A stretch of DNA of 64,000 nt. It comes from the human T2T-CHM13v2.0 reference genome, Homo sapiens. Positions 14,188 to 27,690 of the stretch are shown here, one piece after another. Where the stretch lies: NCBI RefSeq assembly GCF_009914755.1, contig NC_060937.1; one strand, 5' to 3'. The first letter of the stretch is position 1. Each line of letters opens with the position of its first letter. Below the pieces are notes generated by a model. It worked only from the letters and a program-made list of their open reading frames with translations, was not told the origin of the DNA and made no database searches. The position numbers and the translations under genes are program-made.

Positions 14188-14906
14188 TGTTACTTGGCAG
14201 CAAATCTGTACAGGTCTGTAGCAATTGCAACCTCAGCTCTTGCCTCCACAGAGGAAAGACTTGAACTGAGGGGGCTATAAGGTAGAAGCGGAGATCAAGG
14301 CAAGTTTTAGAGCGGGGTGAAAGTTTGTTAGAAAGCCTTAGAGCTAGAATGAAAGAAAGTAAAGTACACTGGGGAGAGGCCAAGTGGGTGACTTGAGAGA
14401 TCAAGTCTGTGGTTTGACCTTTTGACTTGGAGTTTCATATGACGGCATGCTTCCTGGGTCTTACGTTACCTCTCTCTTGATTCTTCCCTTGGGATGGGCT
14501 GTCTGTATGTGCAGCGGCCTGCTAGCACTTGGGAGAGGAGCAGGCACAGTGGGTCTACTGGAGTTGTATGCATGCTTACTTGAAGCGTTCTTCCCTTACC
14601 AGCCATATGTTCCAAGAAAGTCATATACCAGTTAAACTCCACCATTCTGCCTCTTAATACACATGCTTGAGCCCACTTTCTCAACTGCTGAGATCTTATC
14701 AGGAAGCTGCTATTTACTAGTTTCAACTGTTTCTGTTTATTGAGAGACTACCATTCCCTGGCACTGGCTGTGATCAATTATTGTTTTGGAGAGACAGTTA
14801 ACAACTGCCTAACTATCACCTAATGGTCACCTGACATTCCTGGTGTGTGTGCAGGGGTGACCCCTCTCTTGTCCTGCTTATGTCTGACTAGCTACCTACT
14901 GTAACA
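14188..14906 (-). mobile_element. MER50-type ERV1 solo LTR
   Basis: TG...CA ends. The reverse strand starts tgttacagtaggtagctagtcagacataagcagg. Near 4-bp TSD ttac/ttat. Confidence 0.8.
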
Positions 14907-16473
14907 TTATTTCAGTAATACATTTTTATGTTGTATTTTTTTCTTGTAATGTTATTATTATTATTATTTTTAATTATACTTTAAGTTCTGGGATACGTGT
15001 GTAGAACGTAGGGGTTTGTTACATAGGTATATATGTGCCATAGTGTTTTGCTGCACCCATCAACCTGTCATCTACATTAGATATTTCTCTTAATACTATC
15101 CCTCCCCTTCTCCCCAACCCCAGACAGGACACAGTGTGTGATGTTCCCCTCTCTGTGTCCATGTGTTCTCGTGGTTCAACTCCCACATATGAGAGAGAAC
15201 ATGCTATGTTTGGTTTTCTGTTCCTGTGTTAGTTCACTGAGAATGATGATTTCCAGCTTCATCCATGTCTCTGCAAAGAACATGAACTCATACTTTTTTA
15301 AGGCTGCATATTATTCCATGGCGTATATATGCCACATTTTCTTTATCCAGTCTATCATTGATGGGCATTTGGGTTGGTTCCAAGTCTTTGCTATTGTAAA
15401 TAGTGCTTCAATAAACATACGTGTGCATATGCCTTTATAGCAGAATGATTTATAATCCCTTGGGTGTATACCCAGTAATGGGATGGCTAGGTCAAATGGT
15501 ATTTCTTGTTCTAAATCCTTGAGGAATCATGACACTGTCCTCCACAATGGTTGAACTAATTTGCACGCTTAGCAACAGTGTAAAATTGTTCCTATTTCTC
15601 TACATCCTCTCCAGCATCTGTCATTTCCTGACCTTTTAATGATTGCCATTCTAACTGGTGTGAGATGGTATCTCATTGTGGTTTTGATTTGCATTTCTCT
15701 AATGTCCAGTGATGTGATGAGCTTTTTTTCATATGTTTGTTGGCCGCATAAATGTCTTATTTTGAGAAGTGTCTCTTTATATCCTTTGCCCACTTTTTGA
15801 TGGGGTTATTTGTTTTTTTCTTGTAAATTTGTTTAAGTTTTTTCTGGATTCTGGATATTAGCCCTTTTTCAGATGGATAGATTGCAAAAATTTTCTCCCA
15901 TTCTGTAGGTTGCCTGTTCACTCTAAGGAAAGTTTATTTTGCTGTGCCAAAGCTCTTTAGTTACATCCCTTAGATCTCGTTTGTCAATTTTAGCTTTTGT
16001 TGCAATTGCTTTTGGTATTTTAGTCATGAAGTCCTCACCCATGCCTATGTCCTGAATGATATTGCCTAGGTTTTCTTCCAGGGTTTTTATGGTTTTAGGT
16101 CTTATGTTTACGTCTTTAATCCATCTTGAGTTAACTTTTGTATAAGTTGTAAGAAAGGGGTCCAGTTTCAGTTTTCTCCACATGGCTAGCCAGTTTTCCC
16201 AAAACCATTTATTAACTAGGGAATCATTTACCCATTGCTTATTTTTGTCAGGTTTGTCAAAGATCAGATGGTTGTAGATGTGTGATGTTATTTCTGAGGC
16301 CTCTGTTCTGTTCCATTGGTCTATATATCTCTTTTGGTAACAGTACCATGCTGTTTTGTTTACTGTAGCCTTGTAGTACAGTATGAAATCAGGTAGTGTG
16401 ATGCCTACAGCATTTTCCTTTTTGCTTAGGATTGTCTTGGCTATTTGGGCTCTTTTTTGGTTCCATATGAAAT

Positions 16474-17214
16474 TTAAATAGTTTTTTCTAATTCTGTGAA
16501 GAATGTCAATGGTAGCTTGATAGGAATAGCATTGAATCTATATATTACTTTGGGCAGTATGGCCATTTTCATGATACTGATTCTTCCTATCCATGAGAAT
16601 AGAATGTTTTCCCATTTGTTTGTGTCCTCTCTTATTTCATTGAGCAATGGTTTGTAGTTCTCCTTGAAGAGTTCCTTCACATCCCTTGTAAGTTGTATTC
16701 CTAGGTATTTTATTCTTTTGATAGTACTTTTGAATGGGAGTTCACTCATGATTTGGCTCACTATTATTGGTGTATAGGAATGCTTGTGATTTTTGCACAT
16801 TAATTTTGTATGTAAGACTTTGCTGCAGTTGCTTATCAGCTTAAGGAGATTTTGGACTGAGACGATGGGGTTTTCTAAATATAGAATCATGTCATCTGCA
16901 AATAGAGACAATTTGACTTCCTCTCTTCTTATTAGAATACACTTTATTTCTTTCTCTTGCCTGATTGTCCTGGCCAGAACTTCCAATACTATATTGAATA
17001 GGAGTGGTGAGAGAGGGCATCCTTGTCTTGTGCCAGTTTTCAAAGGGAATGCTTCCAGCTTTTGCCCATTCAGTATGATATTGGCTGTGGTTTTGTCATG
17101 AATAGCTCTTATTTTGAGATGTGTTCCACCAATACTTAGTTTATTGAGAGTTTTTAGCATGAAGCGGTGTTGAATTTTATCAAAGGCCTTTTCTGCATCT
17201 ATTGAGATAATCAT
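16474..17214 (-). pseudogene. Decayed L1 ORF2 reverse-transcriptase segment
   Basis: Translation contains [24 protein letters not shown] and [11 protein letters not shown]; the reading frame drifts ([16 protein letters not shown]) and then stops. Confidence 0.9.
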
Positions 17215-18379
17215 GTGTTTCTTTCATTGGTTCTGTTTATGTGATGTATTACGTTTATTGATTTGCATATGTTGTACCAGCCTTGCATCCCAGGGATGAA
17301 GCCGACTTGATCGTGGTGGATAAACTTTTTGATATGCTGCTGGATTCAGTTTGCCAGTATTTTATTGAGGATTTTCACATCGATGTTCATCAGGGATATT
17401 GGCCTGAAACCTTCTTCTTTTTTTTTTTTTTTTTTTTGTCTCTGCCAGGTTTTGGTATCAGGATGATGATGGCCTCATAAAATGAGTTAGGGAAGAGTCC
17501 CTCTTTTTCTACTGTTTGGAGTAGTTTCAGAAGGAATGGTACCAGCTGCTCTTTGTACCACTGGTAGAATTTGGCTGTGAATCCATCTGGTCCTGGGTTT
17601 TTCTTTGGTTGGTAGGCTATTAATTACTGCTTCAATTTCAGAACTTGTTATTGATCTATTCAGGGATTCGACTTCTTCCTGGTTTAGTCTTGAGAGTGTG
17701 TATGTGTACCGGAATTTACCCATTTCTTCTAGATTTTCTAGTTTATTTGCACAGACGTGTTTACAGTATTCTCTGCTGGTAGGTTGTATTTCTGTGGGAT
17801 CAGTGGTGATATACCCTTTATCACGTTTATTGTGTCCATTTGATTCTTCTCTCTTTTCTTCTTTATTAGTCTGGCTAGTAGTCTATTTTGTTAATCTTTT
17901 CAAAAAACCAGCTCCTGGATTCATTGATTTTTTGAAGGTTTTTTCGTGTCTCTATCTCCTACAGTTCTGCTCTGATCTTAGTTATTTCTGGCCTTTTGCT
18001 AGCTTTTGAATTTGTTTGCTCTTGCTTCTGTAGTTCTTTAATTGTGGTATTAGGGTGTCGATTTTGGATCTTTCGTGTTCTCTCCTGTGGGCATTTAGTG
18101 TTATAAATTTCCCTCTAAATACTGCTTTAGCTGTGTCTGAGAGATTCTGGTACGTTGTGTCGTTGTTCTCATTGGTTTCAAATAATTTATTTATGTTTGC
18201 CTTAATTTCGTTATTTACCTAGTAGTCATTCAGGAGCAGGTTGTTCAGTTTCCATGTAGTTGTGCAATTTTAAGTGAGTTTCTTAATCCTGAGTTCTAAT
18301 TTGATTGCACTGTGATCTGAGAGACTGTTAGCTATGATTTCCATTATTTTGCATTTGCTGAGGAGTGTTTTACTTTTAA

Positions 18380-18706
18380 TTATATGGTCAATTTTGAATA
18401 AGTATGATGGGCTGCTGAGAAGAATGTATATTTTGTTGATTTGGAGTGGAGAGTTCTGTAAATGTCTATTAGGTCCACTTGGTCCAGAGCTGAATTCAAG
18501 ACCTGAACATCCTTGTTAATTTTCTGCCACGTTGATTTGTTTAATATTGACAGTGGGGTGTTAAAGTCTCCCACTATTATTTTGTGGGAGTCTGAATCTC
18601 TTTGTAGGTCTCTAAGAACTTGCTTTATGAATCTGGGTGCTCCTATATTGGGTACATATATATTTAGGATAGTTAGCTCTTCTTGTTGCATTGATCCCTT
18701 TACCAT
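18380..18706 (-). pseudogene. Decayed L1 ORF2 endonuclease segment
   Basis: LTILNIYVPN and IIVGDFNTPLS are APE-like endonuclease motifs. Confidence 0.9.
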
Positions 18707-20508
18707 TATGTAATGCCCTTCTTTGTCGTTTTGATCTTTGTTGGTTTAAAGTCTGTTTTATCAGAGACTAGGATTGCAGCCCCTGCTTTTTTTTTTTTTT
18801 TTTTTTTTTTTGCTTTCCATTTGCTTGGTACACAATCCTCCATCCCTTTATTTTGAGCCTGTGTGTCTCATTGCACGTGAGATGGGTCTCCTGAATACAG
18901 CACACCAGTGGGTCCCGTAGTCCCATATATCTTGGAGGGTTTGTTCATTCCTTTTCATTCTTTTTTCTCTAATCTTGTCTTCATGCTTTATTTCATTAAG
19001 TTTATCTTCAATCTCTCATATCCTTTCTTCCACCAGTTCGATTCAGCTATTGATACTTGTGTATACTTCATGAAGTTCTCATGCTGTGTTTTTCAGCTTC
19101 ATCAGGGCATTTATTTTCTTCTCTAAACTGGTTATTCTAGTTAGCAATTCCTCTAGCCTTTTTTCAAGGTTCTTAGCTTCCTTGCATTGGGTTAGAACAT
19201 GCTCCTTTAGCTCGGAGGAGTAGGTTATTACCCACCTTCTGAAGCCTACTTCTGTCAACTCGTCAAACTCATTCTCTGTCCAGTTTTGTTCCCTTGCTGG
19301 CGAGGAGTTGTGATCCTTGGAGGAGAAGAGGTGTTCTGGTTTTTGGAATTTTAGACTTTTTGTGCTGGTGTTTCCTCATCTTCGTGGATTTATCTACCTT
19401 TGATTTTTGATGCTGAAGACCTTTGGATGGGTCCTTTTTGTTGATGTTGCGTCCTTTTTGTTGATGTTGATGTTATTGCTTTCTCTGTTAGTTTTCCTTC
19501 TCACAGTCAGGCCTCTCTTCTGCAGGTCTGCTAGAGTTTGCTAGAGGTTCACTCCGGACTCTGTTTGCCTGAGTATCACCAGCAGAGGCTGCAGAATAGC
19601 AAAGCTTTCTCTGGAAGCTTCGTTCCAGAGGGGCACCCACCACATGCCAGCTGGAGTTCTCCTGTATGAGGTGCCTGTCGACCCCTGCTGGGAGGTGTCA
19701 CCCAGTCAGGAGGCACAGGGGTCAGGGACCCACTTAAGGAGACAGTTTGTCCCTTAGGAGAACTCGAGCACTGTTCTGGGAGATCCACTGCCCTCTTCAG
19801 TGCTGGTAGGCGGGAATGTTTAAATCTGCTGAAGCTGTGCCCACCGCCGCCCCTTCCCCCAGGTGCTCTGTCCCAGGGAAATGGGAGTTTTATCTATAAG
19901 CCCCTGTCTGGGGCTGCTGCTTTTCTTTCAGAGATGCCCTGCCCAGAGAGGAGGAATCCAGAGAGGTAGTCTGGCTACAGCAGCTTTGCTGTGCTGTGGT
20001 GGGCTAGCCCAGTCCAAACTTCCCTGTGGCTTTGTTTACACTGTGATGGGAAAAGCGCCTTCTCAAGCCTCAGTAATGGGGGATGCCCTTGCCCCCACCA
20101 AGCTCCAGTCTCTCAGGTCAACTTCAGACTGCTGTGCTGGGGTCTGCCCAAATGGCTGCCCAGTTTTGTGCTTGAAACCAAGGGCCCTAGTGGTGTAGGC
20201 ACCCGAGGGAATCTCCTGGTCTGCGGATTGCAAAACCTCAGGAAAAGCATAGTATCTGGGTTGGATAGCACTGTCCCTAACGGCACAGTCCCTCACAGAT
20301 TCCCTTGGCTAGGAGAGGGAGATCCCCGACCCCTTGCACTTCCTGGGTGAGAGAACACTCCGCTCTGCTTCTGCTCGCCCTCTGTGGTCTACACCCACTG
20401 TCTAACTAGTCCCAGTGAGATGAACCAGGTACCTCAGCTGGAAATGCAGAAATCACTCATCTTCTGCGTTGGTCTCACTGGGAGCTGCAGACTGGAACTC
20501 TTTCTATT

Positions 20509-20519
20509 CAGCCATCTTT
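20509..20519 (-). promoter_or_regulatory. YY1-like site at the L1 5' end (AAGATGGC core on the minus strand)
   Basis: Core motif at the canonical position near the L1 5' terminus; activity unknown. Confidence 0.5.
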
Positions 20520-20969
20520 CTCGGAACCCCTATTTTTGTAATAATTTTTAAATCACTTAATATTATGCTTGGATTAAATAGGCAACACAGAATAATTAAT
20601 TTATACGTTTGTTTTATAAAAAGCGTGTACTCAATGTGTCACTTTTAACATTGATTTCTTATTTCTTTTCCATCTTTTTTAAAATATAGTTTGCCAGAAT
20701 AAAATTTAAGGTGAGCACACATCATTGTTTGGGTTTAAAAGAAAATTTTTAAATGTTTAGTGAAAATAGACCTTCATATTAATGATTTAAGAACATTAGA
20801 AAAATCACTAAGTTTTAAGTGCAAGAGTCCAACTAGCAGAAATGAAACTGATTTAGGTAAATGAAAGTGAAATGCAGTAAGAGGATCAATTCCTATCCAT
20901 ATGCTAAGGATTAATGTGATGTGATAAACACATTTTTTGTTAATGTAATCAAGTTATAATTATTGTTAC

Positions 20970-21532
20970 TGTTACTGACAATGATGGCTTCCCCAAAGAT
21001 GGGGTCTTTCCCTATTTGGTGTCATGCCAATGCCAATACTAGAAATTGAAAGTGAGTATCAAGCAGTGAAGGCTTTATTCAGTGGCCATGGAATTGAGAA
21101 GCAGTAGTACATGGTTCACAAATCAACCTCTTGACTAGTGAGCAGTGAAGGGTTAAAATACAGGGCTCCTGTAATGAAGGGGTTGTATGTTAAAAGGGAG
21201 GAGAGGAATATGTCTTTCCAGAAATGGGCAGTGAACTCCCCAGAATTGAAGAGATGCCTTCTTTTTTGTCCTTTTATGTCTTCTTCTGGTCATTTTCATG
21301 GCAATTGTCAAATGTCATGCCACTGGTGGGAGGGTAATTAAGCATAGAAATGAGATTATAATGAAGCCTGAGATCTTTTTGAATTTGTTTGGTCAGCTAT
21401 CTTGGTTCTAACCAGTCTCAGCTGGTCTGATTACAAAGGGACATTTTTATCATAGGCATATTGTTTCTTAAAGATAAGCAGAGTAGGACAGGGTAGAAAT
21501 ACAGCTTTGTCATGCAGGCATTAGTTACCACA
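20970..21532 (-). mobile_element. ERV1 solo LTR, MER31/MER67-like
   Basis: Starts tgttactga. Contains catggcaattgtcaaatgtcatgccactggtgggagg and ctttattc (a poly(A) signal on the minus strand). Confidence 0.55.
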
Positions 21533-21559
21533 AACCACAGACTTTCTTAATACTTGAAA

Positions 21560-21715
21560 ATATTATCTCATAAGAATCTTATGAAAAATACTATTATTAC
21601 ATGCATTTTACAGCTAAGAAGAGTAAAATATAAAGATGCTAAGTTTCTTGCCCAAGGTCCTTAGGTGGAACTACAATTTAATAGAATCTGACTCTCAGGT
21701 CTACAATTTTGACCG
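21560..21715 (-). mobile_element. MIR SINE
   Basis: cattttacagctaagaa...aagtttcttgcccaaggtc...tctgactc. Confidence 0.65.
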
Positions 21716-23289
21716 CTAAAAGTATCTTAGATGGTTATTCATGTATAACCAATTGGCAATGTCTTTTCTTTTACCTAATTAACATATCCAATACATCGGT
21801 TTTTTTTCTTTTTTCTCTGTCACAATCCTATTTTAGAAACTTACATAGCAAGTTTGTCTCCAAATTTTTTCACTTATTTTCTGACTTTTATTTAAATCTA
21901 TGCTGTCCTCCATGTAGTGTAAATACAATTGTACCTTTAAGTCTCATTTTACTCACAACTTCCTAAGTCTTCTTGATTACAGGACATCATTTGCATCTCT
22001 AAGTGGGATATAGAGCCCCCTAAATTCTGGCTAGACTACACCCACTACCCCACTTCTACCATTCCCTCCACCCCATGTCTTTACCTCTCATTTTTTTCTG
22101 TATATGACACTAAAAACAAATCCATATTAACAACATATATGGAATTTAAAAGGCAATTTCTTTTATGAGGTGGTCTATCTGTTATTCTTGATTTTGCCTT
22201 GCATCCACACTCTTCCTCCCATTTTAAATATTTCGTGTGTTGCATCTAAATATATCTTAACACTATATTTTAGTCAACAATCCCATGATGATGTTAAATA
22301 TATATATAAAACTGACCATAATTTATCCACTTATTTAGGTCTATCTTTTCAATACAAACTTTCCCTACTCTGAATTCTGATTCACAATTTCGTGCTAACT
22401 TGTTTGGAACCTATTTTATGAGGACTACATGTCTTTTTAAAATATTGCCCCTAGATAAAATTTAAGCTTTATAAGGGCTGATATTTTTTGTCTCCTTTCA
22501 AAAATACTTTACATGTGAAGATGCAGATAAATAGTTTATATTGGGAAATATTTGCTATCAATCTATTTTCCTAGAATGGATCAAGTAAAGAAATACTAAT
22601 ATAATAATAATATTAATAATAACAGCAGTGCAATTTTGAGATAATTAAGCAGGGCTGCTCTTTTTCTCAGTAAGGTAACAAAAGTCACTGCAAACCAATA
22701 TACAAGTACTTGCATATGATTTATTTGAAATTAAGAGAGAAAACAGTGATACTGATCCCAATGGTAAAGACAGTGAATCAAGGGATAACAGATAGGGAAT
22801 ATCTTTTTGAACCTATTTTCATAAGTGTGCTTATACTTATTGTTCTAGACTACACTATTATTCATTTAAGGAAAAAAATGGATTTAATTTCATTCCACTG
22901 CCATTATACTTGAAGAAAATATTGTGGTTTTCTATATGATAAAGCATACTTGATAGAGTCCTAATTTCCTCTAGTGACTTTTTACACATGCCACTTCAAT
23001 GCCAGAAATGAAAAGAGTATTTTAAAAATTGCATACATTGACAACACTTTTAATTAAAAAATTATGAATAATAATTGCTAGCTAATATTTATATATACAT
23101 ACAATTACTCAGAAGCTCTGTTTTATTTTTATTTTTTCATCTATATAGGAGGTTTAGGGTATGATATTTATGGAATTGTGAGGGGACAATGGCCTGGCAT
23201 TCATTTTAGGAGTATATTTCAGATAGATCTTTTATTTTATTGCCTAAGAGAATAATACTTAAAATCCTTAATAACAATATTAATTATAT

Positions 23290-23600
23290 ATTGCTAAAAT
23301 TTATTTGTATATGATCAGAGTGATCTGTATGATATTAAGGTTTTAAAATATTTTAGAGACTCATCTTTTGGCTGAAAAATAAGTTTTTACATGTTTCATA
23401 AATACTTGAAAAATGTTCACTGACTGTTAGAGTCAAGATTTAAACATATCCATTAGATTAAGAATGTTAATTATGTGCTTCAAATGTGTCGCATCTTTCT
23501 CTGTCCTTTCTTTTATGATCGTTGGGAGAATAATTGCCAAAAGCTTTCACTATGCTACCAAGCATATTTTTCTTATTATGTCACCTTTTCTGAACTCTTA
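23290..23600 (-). mobile_element. Very old L1M ORF2 fragment
   Basis: tgatcagagtgatctgtatgatatt...gtttcataaatacttgaaaaatg resembles the antisense L1 endonuclease region. Confidence 0.4.
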
Positions 23601-23689
23601 GTTTGGGTTAAGTTTCTTATAAATGCCATAAAATTCTAACTATGTTCTATTAGCTAACCTTCTTTAAGTATAAAGTTTAGTGTACTAAT

Positions 23690-23900
23690 TTCTTGGCTTA
23701 AACTCCATATTTATAAATGCTTATGACTCAACAAAACTTTATCTTGAAGTATGCCTTTCCTCAGAATTTTAGGTTTATATATCCAATTGCCTTCCTAATA
23801 TTACAAATTAGAATTCACATAGGTATCTCAGCATGTACATTTTAGAAGCATACTTTGGATCTTCTCCATCCAAAATTTCAGTAATTTTCAAGTAATGTAA
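23690..23900 (+). mobile_element. L2 fragment
   Basis: tatatccaattgccttcctaatatt...aggtatctcagcatgtacat is a typical L2 body motif. Confidence 0.5.
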
Positions 23901-23959
23901 ATGGCAGAATGAAACAAAACAAAACAAATGTGATTGCCTTATTGAGGTGGTTGAGGTGG

Positions 23960-24720
23960 TTGAGGTGGTTAGAGAGTAGGTAACAAAGCCTCCGTTATCT
24001 CAGGCTGGAAAGCTGTCAACTCATAAAGTGGCAACTCTTATTTTAAGATAGCAAAGTAGTAAAATGTTTGTTTAAACTGTTACTAGCTGTTCCTTCGTGG
24101 TGCAAACATCATTTGAAGCTGTAGCACCAGGAAAAATTATAGGAAACATTCAGACCATAGCAACCTATTGACTGTTTTTCAAATAATTTTATTAGAAATA
24201 TACGGATTTATGCCAGAGCAAGCCGGTTGGCAAAGAAGAAGAAAAGGAAATTACTATTAATAAAGATTGTGCTCATTGTCTATGTCCAACAGTGTAAGTT
24301 ACCTGAAAGTTTGGTTAACATGGAACTTTAGCTTTAAATAGAGCCTCATCATCTTTAAGTAGTAGCTTCAAGATGGCAGCTCTAGCAGGAGACAAAATTG
24401 TAGGTCCAGACTGTTTTTTTCTAAATAAAACAGTATTGCTCTGATAGACGTATGTAGTCCACCCACCTAAAATGGACAGGTTAATCACCATGTCTTCCTA
24501 CCCACTGGATTAAAGGAGAGAAAATAGTCAACGGCACAGATGTCTGAAAGTAAAGAGAATGCTTGTTCAAGATTAAGATTTATATCTAGGTAAGATTGTT
24601 GTTGAAATGACTTGTCCATGGAATTGAGAGGAGGCAAAAAGATAATTAAACTTCTAATTTTAATTTCCCCTAGAAAGGTCTATTGCTAAAGAAATATTCA
24701 AGGTCTGCATTAACTTGTTA
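23960..24720 (+). mobile_element. Possible MaLR internal-sequence relic
   Basis: Loose resemblance to MLT-int (caggctggaaag...tcataaagtggcaac...tttaaactgttactagctg); weak. Confidence 0.3.
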
Positions 24721-24959
24721 CGTAAATCAATAAAGTAATTCTTAGCCGTCTCTCAACCATTTACACTCCAGTGTTACCAATAAAGGAAGCTTGATAACTT
24801 ATTATGACACTAAGACATTATGCATATTACATATGATAATTGCACAATTAAGGGTTATTTTTAAATGAGTATGGTGCACAAGAGGAAAAGGAAGGACCTT
24901 CTCATATTTGCAAATAACAATGGAAAAACTCTACTTAGGGTTTAACTTTATAAGGTTGA

Positions 24960-25210
24960 AATGGCTTTCTTAAAATCAAACTGTAGACAAAAGTTTATTA
25001 TTAGTTGCCTTGAGCTAGTGGTAGTTGACAGGAAATGGATAACTGCTTAAGGGCATAGGTTAGTCCGAATGAAGGAAGGAAAAAGATCTAAACTTGATAG
25101 TGGTTACAGTTGTGCAACTTTGTGAACATACAAAAAGTTGTTGAGCTGTACACTTTAAATGGATGACATGTGTGTGAAATATCTCAATAAAGCTACTAAA
25201 AACAAAACAG
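24960..25210 (+). mobile_element. Old L1M (L1MB/L1ME) 3' end
   Basis: tagtggttacagttgtgcaactttgtgaacatac...gtacactttaaatggatg...tatctcaataaagct. Confidence 0.7.
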
Positions 25211-26689
25211 TAAATTGAAGAGCGACCCATAAATCAGTGTGACATCTCAAATTGACCATGCACTCTCCACTCTATTCTGTTGCCTCTTTCCTTACCACAG
25301 ATGCATGAGTATATAGTGAGCTGTCTACATGCAGCAAGAGGATCTTGAGAACTTGTTGAATGAGAAGTATACCCAATGTGTAAAGATATGTACTGGGCAG
25401 TGATCTGCTGTAGAGTGGGGTGAGAACACCTTACCAGGTGAAACTGAAGGGGCAGCAAATGCAACCTTGAACTATCTGAAAATTGTTAAGGATTCACAGC
25501 TAAAAAGTGGAATGGAGGTTAGAATTCGATATCTCGATGGGATTAATCTTGTCTAATTCAAATTAATCATAATATATTCCCTCTAGTATATATTATTGAT
25601 TATCTTTAGAGACAATACATTTCCTGGGAGAGAAGTTTAAAGAAAATCATAAAAGTTCTAGGGTTTATATTAATATTTGACTTCATATCACTAAACAAAT
25701 AAATAAATAAATGGCATGTATATTATCCAATTCCTAGGGAGGTTTTATAAAGTAAGAGTAATAGAATTAGAATTCACAGAAATGGGGGAACTATGTCAAA
25801 AATAAGTTATAAATTGAAGAACCTCAAATTTAAAAATAGTTTTTCTATGATACAATGTATTTAGGGCTTAATGTTATATTAGCTACTTTAAGAAATGTAG
25901 AATAAAGCATGCCACAGATGACAATTAGACATCAGCAGGACTCAAGAGCTTTTATGCCATTTTGCATTTTATGTGTTTACAAAGCTGCAACCTATTCGCA
26001 TTTAATTCCATATTTACTGTCTCTTGTGTCTCATTACACAGCAGGGCATGGAATGAGCAATAAACATGTTACCATAAGTTTTGTACTGAATGATTATTTA
26101 ATTAAATCACAACTTTTAAAACATTTCCATTCTGTGTCACCCTTGGGTTTGACATCTTATATTCATATATCTATTTTATCAATCTATCTACAATGAATCA
26201 CAAAACCATGCTGAAAAAATTGATACATATGAAAGTTTCAGGAGAATAAAATATTAGTTCTGAATACATAAGTACATAAGAAAGAGTTATTCTTGCTGAC
26301 TTGAACAATTACATAAATATAAAAATGGTACGCTAATTGACTGGCCTACTTACGTGAAGTTACATGACAAGAATATGAAAGAAACAGTATAAATATTCCA
26401 TTTGGGTTTAATTCTATACGTGGATACTTTTATTTTTTATGTGAATATACATGATCAAATTACTTTTTCTAGTGTCTTAAGAAGAAGTTAGTATTTATAT
26501 TGGTAATCTGTAATATAATTTATATTTTGGCAATGATTGATTTACTTAAGTAACTTATATCTCACCAGAGAATAAATGAAGGGGGTTATTCACCTGGACT
26601 GGCATCAGTGCAATAATATTATAATTAAGTGTATTGTTTCTGTATGGCATTTTTGAACTATGTAGAACTAAAGGAAAAAGAAGAAACTA

Positions 26690-27690
26690 AAGAAAGTCTG
26701 CACAACAAAATAAACTATCAACAGAGTAAACAGACAACCAACAAAATGGGAGAAAATACTGACACACTATGCATCCAACAAAGGTCTAATATCCAGAATC
26801 TATAATCAACTTAAGCAATAGAACAAGCAAAAAACATATAACTACATTTTAAAAATGAGCAAAGGACATGAACAAACAGGTCTTTAAAGAAGACATACAA
26901 ATGGCCAACAAACACAAAAAATTCGTCATCACTAATCTTCAGAGAAATGCAAATCAAAGCCACAATGAAATACTATTACACACCAGTCAGCGTGACTATT
27001 GTAAAAATGTCAAAAGATGGCAGATGCTGGTGAGGCTGCAGAGTAAAGGGAGCACTTATATACTATTGGTAGAATTTAAATTAGTTTAGCCACTGTGGAT
27101 AGCAGTTAGGAGATTTCTCAAGATCTTAGAATTACCGTTCACCCCAGTAATCCTATTACTAGGTATATACCCAAAGGAAAATGAATCTACCAAAAAGACA
27201 CACGCACTCATATATTTATCACAATTCTATTCACAATAGCAAAGACATGGAGTCAACCTAGGTGCCCCATCAATGGGGGATTGGAGAAAGAAAATGTGGT
27301 ACATATGCACCATGGAATACTATGCAGCCATAAAAAGAATGACATCATGTTCTTTGCAGCAACATGGATGTGGCTGGAAGCCATTATTTTAAGTGAATTA
27401 ATGCAGGAACAGAAAAAGCAAATACTGGATGCTCTCATTTATTAATGGGAGTCAAATATTGAGTACACATGGACACAAAGATGAGAACAATAAACACTCA
27501 GGACTACTAGAAGGGGGAGGAGAATAGGAGAATGTAGGCTGAAAAACTACCTATTAGGTACAATACTCACTACCTTAGCGATGGGATCGTCTGTATTCCC
27601 ATCCTCAGGATTATGCAATATAGCCATGTAACAAACCTGCACTTGTACTTTCTGAATCTACAATAAAAGTTGAAATTATTTAACAAAAAA
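26690..27690 (+). mobile_element. L1 3' ~1 kb (L1PA16/L1PB-like)
   Basis: ORF2 end (atcaacagagtaaacagacaacc) and 3'UTR (gaaaaactacctattaggtac, catgtaacaaacctgcac), ending aataaaagttgaaattatttaacaaaaaa. Confidence 0.9.

Larger units (their letters stand above)
14950..20530 (-). mobile_element. L1PA (about L1PA7-8) with both ends retained, inactive, with an internal deletion
   Basis: Reading left to right: 3'UTR, ORF2 (RT and EN remnants), 5' half of ORF1, then 5'UTR ending gccatctttctcggaacccc. Multiple stops and frameshifts. Confidence 0.95.

Noticed and set aside
16474-17214. 246-aa reverse-transcriptase ORF as an active gene
   Set aside because: It is a fragment of a frameshifted, stop-containing L1 ORF2 whose start is deleted.
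23942-23970. (TTGAGGTGG)3, telomere-like or G-quadruplex-like
   Set aside because: It is not TTAGGG and has only two-G runs; a trivial 9-bp tandem repeat.
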